A stretch of 51,538 bases of DNA, taken from positions 1-51,538 of IMG/VR virus record IMGVR_UViG_3300043689_000058; one strand, given 5' to 3'. The stretch is from a virus. Below the pieces are notes generated by a model. It did not search any database and was not told where the DNA came from. It was given only the letters and a program-made list of their open reading frames with translations. Shown one piece after another: positions 49,666-51,538 of this stretch; the first letter of the stretch is position 1, and each line of letters begins with the position of its first letter. The position numbers were made by a program, and so were the translations under genes.

Positions 49666-50810
49666 AGCCCCCGCCCCACACCCGCTACCCTCGATCCAGT
49701 TCCTTTTACGCCCTGGACAATTGCGACGCCTCTTTCACCTTGAGCCAGGCGTCCGGCGAGGAACCGCCCACCCCTTATGCCTTTAAAGGCACCGAGGTCC
49801 ACGGCGTGCTCTCCGGCAAAATCCCCCGCGCTACCGTCGACGACGCCACCCAGGCTCTCGCCGACGATCTGGCCGGCCAGCGGGCCAACGCCCTGCGCCT
49901 CTGGGTCGGCCTCGATGCCAAAATAGAGGAAGAAACAATCGAAACACGCCTCTGGCTGCGCCAGGGCCTGATCCCGCTCTACAGCGGCCAGCCCGACGTC
50001 TTCGCCAAAAGCGATTCACGCGTCTTTCTTTCCGATTACAAAAGCGGCTGGCACCCCCTCGACCACTGGGTCGCCACCAACTCGCAACTACGTGCTTACG
50101 TCCCTTTAATCGACGAGCATTATCACCACGCGCTCGACGAAATCACCGCCGCCATCCATAAACCGGGTAAAAAAAGTCCGCCCGCCATCTTTTTCCGATC
50201 CGAAATAGACCAGGCCCGCGCCTGGGCCATCGATGTCGTCCGCCGCGCCCGAGACAAACACCACGCCCGCCCATCCAGAGGCCCATGGTGCACCTACTGC
50301 AGCGGCAAAGTCCTCTGCCCACTATGGAAAGACGAAATTCGCTCCTTCAGCGATCTCGCCACCGCCCTGGTCAGCGATATCCCAGACCTCGCCCTGCGCG
50401 AAATCGCACCAAAACTCGACTTAGCCAAAACCGTTATCGACAAACTTTCCGCTCGCCTCTACGAACGCGTCCGCCTCCACCCAGAAATCTTTACCGACTG
50501 GCGCTTCGAACCAGGTCAGCCTTCCCGCAAAATCGACTCCGTCCCCCAAGCTTACATCAAACTCGTCCAGGACCCCGAGTCCAACGCCCTCTCCCCGGAA
50601 GAGTTCTTGGCCTGCTGCAGAATCGCCATCGGCGATATCGAACTTTGCGTCCGCAAAAACCGCCGCCTCTCCGTCAAAGACGCCCAAGCCTGGATGGCCG
50701 CAACCCTCCAAGGCATCATGCATACACGCCGCCCGCGCGACCTCCTCGTCTATGACCCGCGCCCAAAAGAACTCCCTCCACCCTCTCAGCCTCCCGATCC
50801 CGCAGCATGA
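49647..50810 (+). CDS. PD-(D/E)xK exonuclease with Cas4/RecB-type Fe-S cluster, 387 aa
   Basis: GQPDVF ... VFLSDYKSG (D...D-x-K), QLRAY (QxxxY), one N-terminal Cys (LDNCD) plus CTYCSGKVLC (C-x2-C-x5-C). Confidence 0.7.
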   Translation: MQPEPLKPPPHTRYPRSSSFYALDNCDASFTLSQASGEEPPTPYAFKGTEVHGVLSGKIPRATVDDATQALADDLAGQRANALRLWVGLDAKIEEETIETRLWLRQGLIPLYSGQPDVFAKSDSRVFLSDYKSGWHPLDHWVATNSQLRAYVPLIDEHYHHALDEITAAIHKPGKKSPPAIFFRSEIDQARAWAIDVVRRARDKHHARPSRGPWCTYCSGKVLCPLWKDEIRSFSDLATALVSDIPDLALREIAPKLDLAKTVIDKLSARLYERVRLHPEIFTDWRFEPGQPSRKIDSVPQAYIKLVQDPESNALSPEEFLACCRIAIGDIELCVRKNRRLSVKDAQAWMAATLQGIMHTRRPRDLLVYDPRPKELPPPSQPPDPAA

Positions 50811-51148
50811 AGTATTCCACATCCAAACACGCCCCGCGCCATAAACGCGAAATCTCACGCAACCCAGTAGGAGATTGGATCTTACGCAAGTTCGCCTGCC
50901 GTCAACAACCGCGCAAAACCCAGCAGCATAACGCCTTCTCCACTGCCTTCCTCGCCAAAATGTCACCCGAAAATCAGGCCTACGCTCTCGCCTGGAACCT
51001 ACGCCGTAAACGTGACAAAATCGGCTATGGGCATAAACCTCAACTCCCTCTCCCCTCACCAACTCTCCCTTATCGATCCATCACAGAAAAAATCGTTGAA
51101 GATCATTTCAACCGCCAAAAACAATCCCGAAATCATAGAACAACGTAA
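50807..51148 (+). CDS. hypothetical basic protein, 113 aa
   Basis: ATGA overlap with the nuclease stop; overlaps the VRR-NUC ORF by about 137 nt, so one of the two boundaries is uncertain. Confidence 0.35.
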   Translation: MKYSTSKHAPRHKREISRNPVGDWILRKFACRQQPRKTQQHNAFSTAFLAKMSPENQAYALAWNLRRKRDKIGYGHKPQLPLPSPTLPYRSITEKIVEDHFNRQKQSRNHRTT

Positions 51149-51416
51149 CTTCGCCATCGCCTGTAAAGCCCGCGGCTGGCGCCACTTATGGCACAATACC
51201 GCCAAACCTTCCACCGCCAATGTCGGCGCCCCTGACTTCGTCGTCGCTGCCCGTAACCACACCTTCTGGATCGAGTTCAAACGCCCAAACCAAAACCTCC
51301 GCCCTGACCAAGCTGCCTTCCATAAACAACTCCGCCAAAACGGCGTCTCCCCAGCCATCGTCCATTCCGCTCTGGAAGCCGTCAACCTCATCGAAACCTT
51401 CCACTCCAAAACATGA
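51012..51416 (+). CDS. VRR-NUC domain nuclease, 134 aa (start 51012 or 51027)
   Basis: GWRHLWHNT ... GAPDFVVAARNHTFWIEFKRPNQNLRPDQAAFHKQL gives the PD...E-x-K core of VRR-NUC. The stop overlaps the first bases of the 127-nt terminal repeat. Confidence 0.7.
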   Translation: MTKSAMGINLNSLSPHQLSLIDPSQKKSLKIISTAKNNPEIIEQRNFAIACKARGWRHLWHNTAKPSTANVGAPDFVVAARNHTFWIEFKRPNQNLRPDQAAFHKQLRQNGVSPAIVHSALEAVNLIETFHSKT

Positions 51417-51538
51417 TGACGTGTCATACAAACTCCCCATCCAAATTCTCCAAAATTTGGAATTCTTGCGAGAGGTCTTCCTCTACACAAACTAATCCAA
51501 AATTCGGATTTCTTTCACGTGGTGTATATGCGCAACCG
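51412..51538. repeat. Second copy of the 127-nt terminal duplicate
   Basis: Identical to 1..127. Confidence 0.95.

Noticed and set aside
1-51538. Apparent genome-wide excess of TAGAC/GTCTA, with frequent TTA-GAC, GTA-GAC and ATA-GAC codon pairs
   Set aside because: My manual tally is about 126 sites on both strands, against roughly 80 expected from base composition. That is only about 1.5-fold, it is uneven along the genome, and it is partly explained by reading-frame constraints. Only the longer, strand-specific AAATAGAC subset looked compelling and is reported separately.

Overview
The window is a complete, closed dsDNA phage genome. Bases 1-127 recur without mismatch at 51412-51538, so the unique length is 51,411 bp. 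The 127-nt overlap could be an assembler k-mer closure or a short terminal redundancy. The sequence is GC-rich (high-50s percent by eye, not computed).

Layout: a single divergent control region lies at 46.09-46.44 kb.
- Rightward (+) arm, 46441 to 51416, across the junction, to 7658: a near-leaderless HTH gene, many small ORFs, a recombination set (SSAP-like protein, Cas4/RecB-like Fe-S nuclease, VRR-NUC nuclease, winged-helix protein), a MoxR/CobS-type AAA+ ATPase with a degenerate VWA-like partner, an early lipoprotein, and Cys-rich and GT-A-like genes.
- Leftward (-) arm, 46091 down to 7666: an HTH replication initiator ATGA-coupled to a DnaB-type helicase, a cluster of tiny basic and fibre-like genes, a GT-A-like gene, TerL, a Cys-rich protein, portal, scaffold, tRNA-Met(CAU), an Amidase_3 endolysin, the major capsid protein, two collagen-like/receptor-binding fibres, tail proteins, a sulfotransferase-like and citrate-synthase-like gene pair, and three ejection-type proteins (309, 1,006 and 2,555 aa). 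It ends with tiny coupled genes and an apparently self-regulated two-gene cassette.

I recognised no tail tube, sheath or tape-measure gene, so the virion is probably podovirus-like. I also recognised no integrase, DNA polymerase, primase, RNA polymerase, rRNA or CRISPR array. A lipobox protein suggests a diderm host.

All functional calls rest on motifs read by eye from the translations. No database search was possible. Most small ORFs are called on position, overlap coupling (ATGA/GTGA) and coding appearance only.

Most worth a second look:
- the half-length citrate-synthase-like gene coupled to a sulfotransferase-like gene inside the virion module;
- the 2,555-aa ORF;
- a ~20-aa peptide module written four times in three fibre-like genes;
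- a strand-specific 8-mer, AAATAGAC (10 copies on +, 0 found on -), which often sits directly before early start codons;
- iteron-like repeats inside the initiator gene;
- two operator/promoter architectures.
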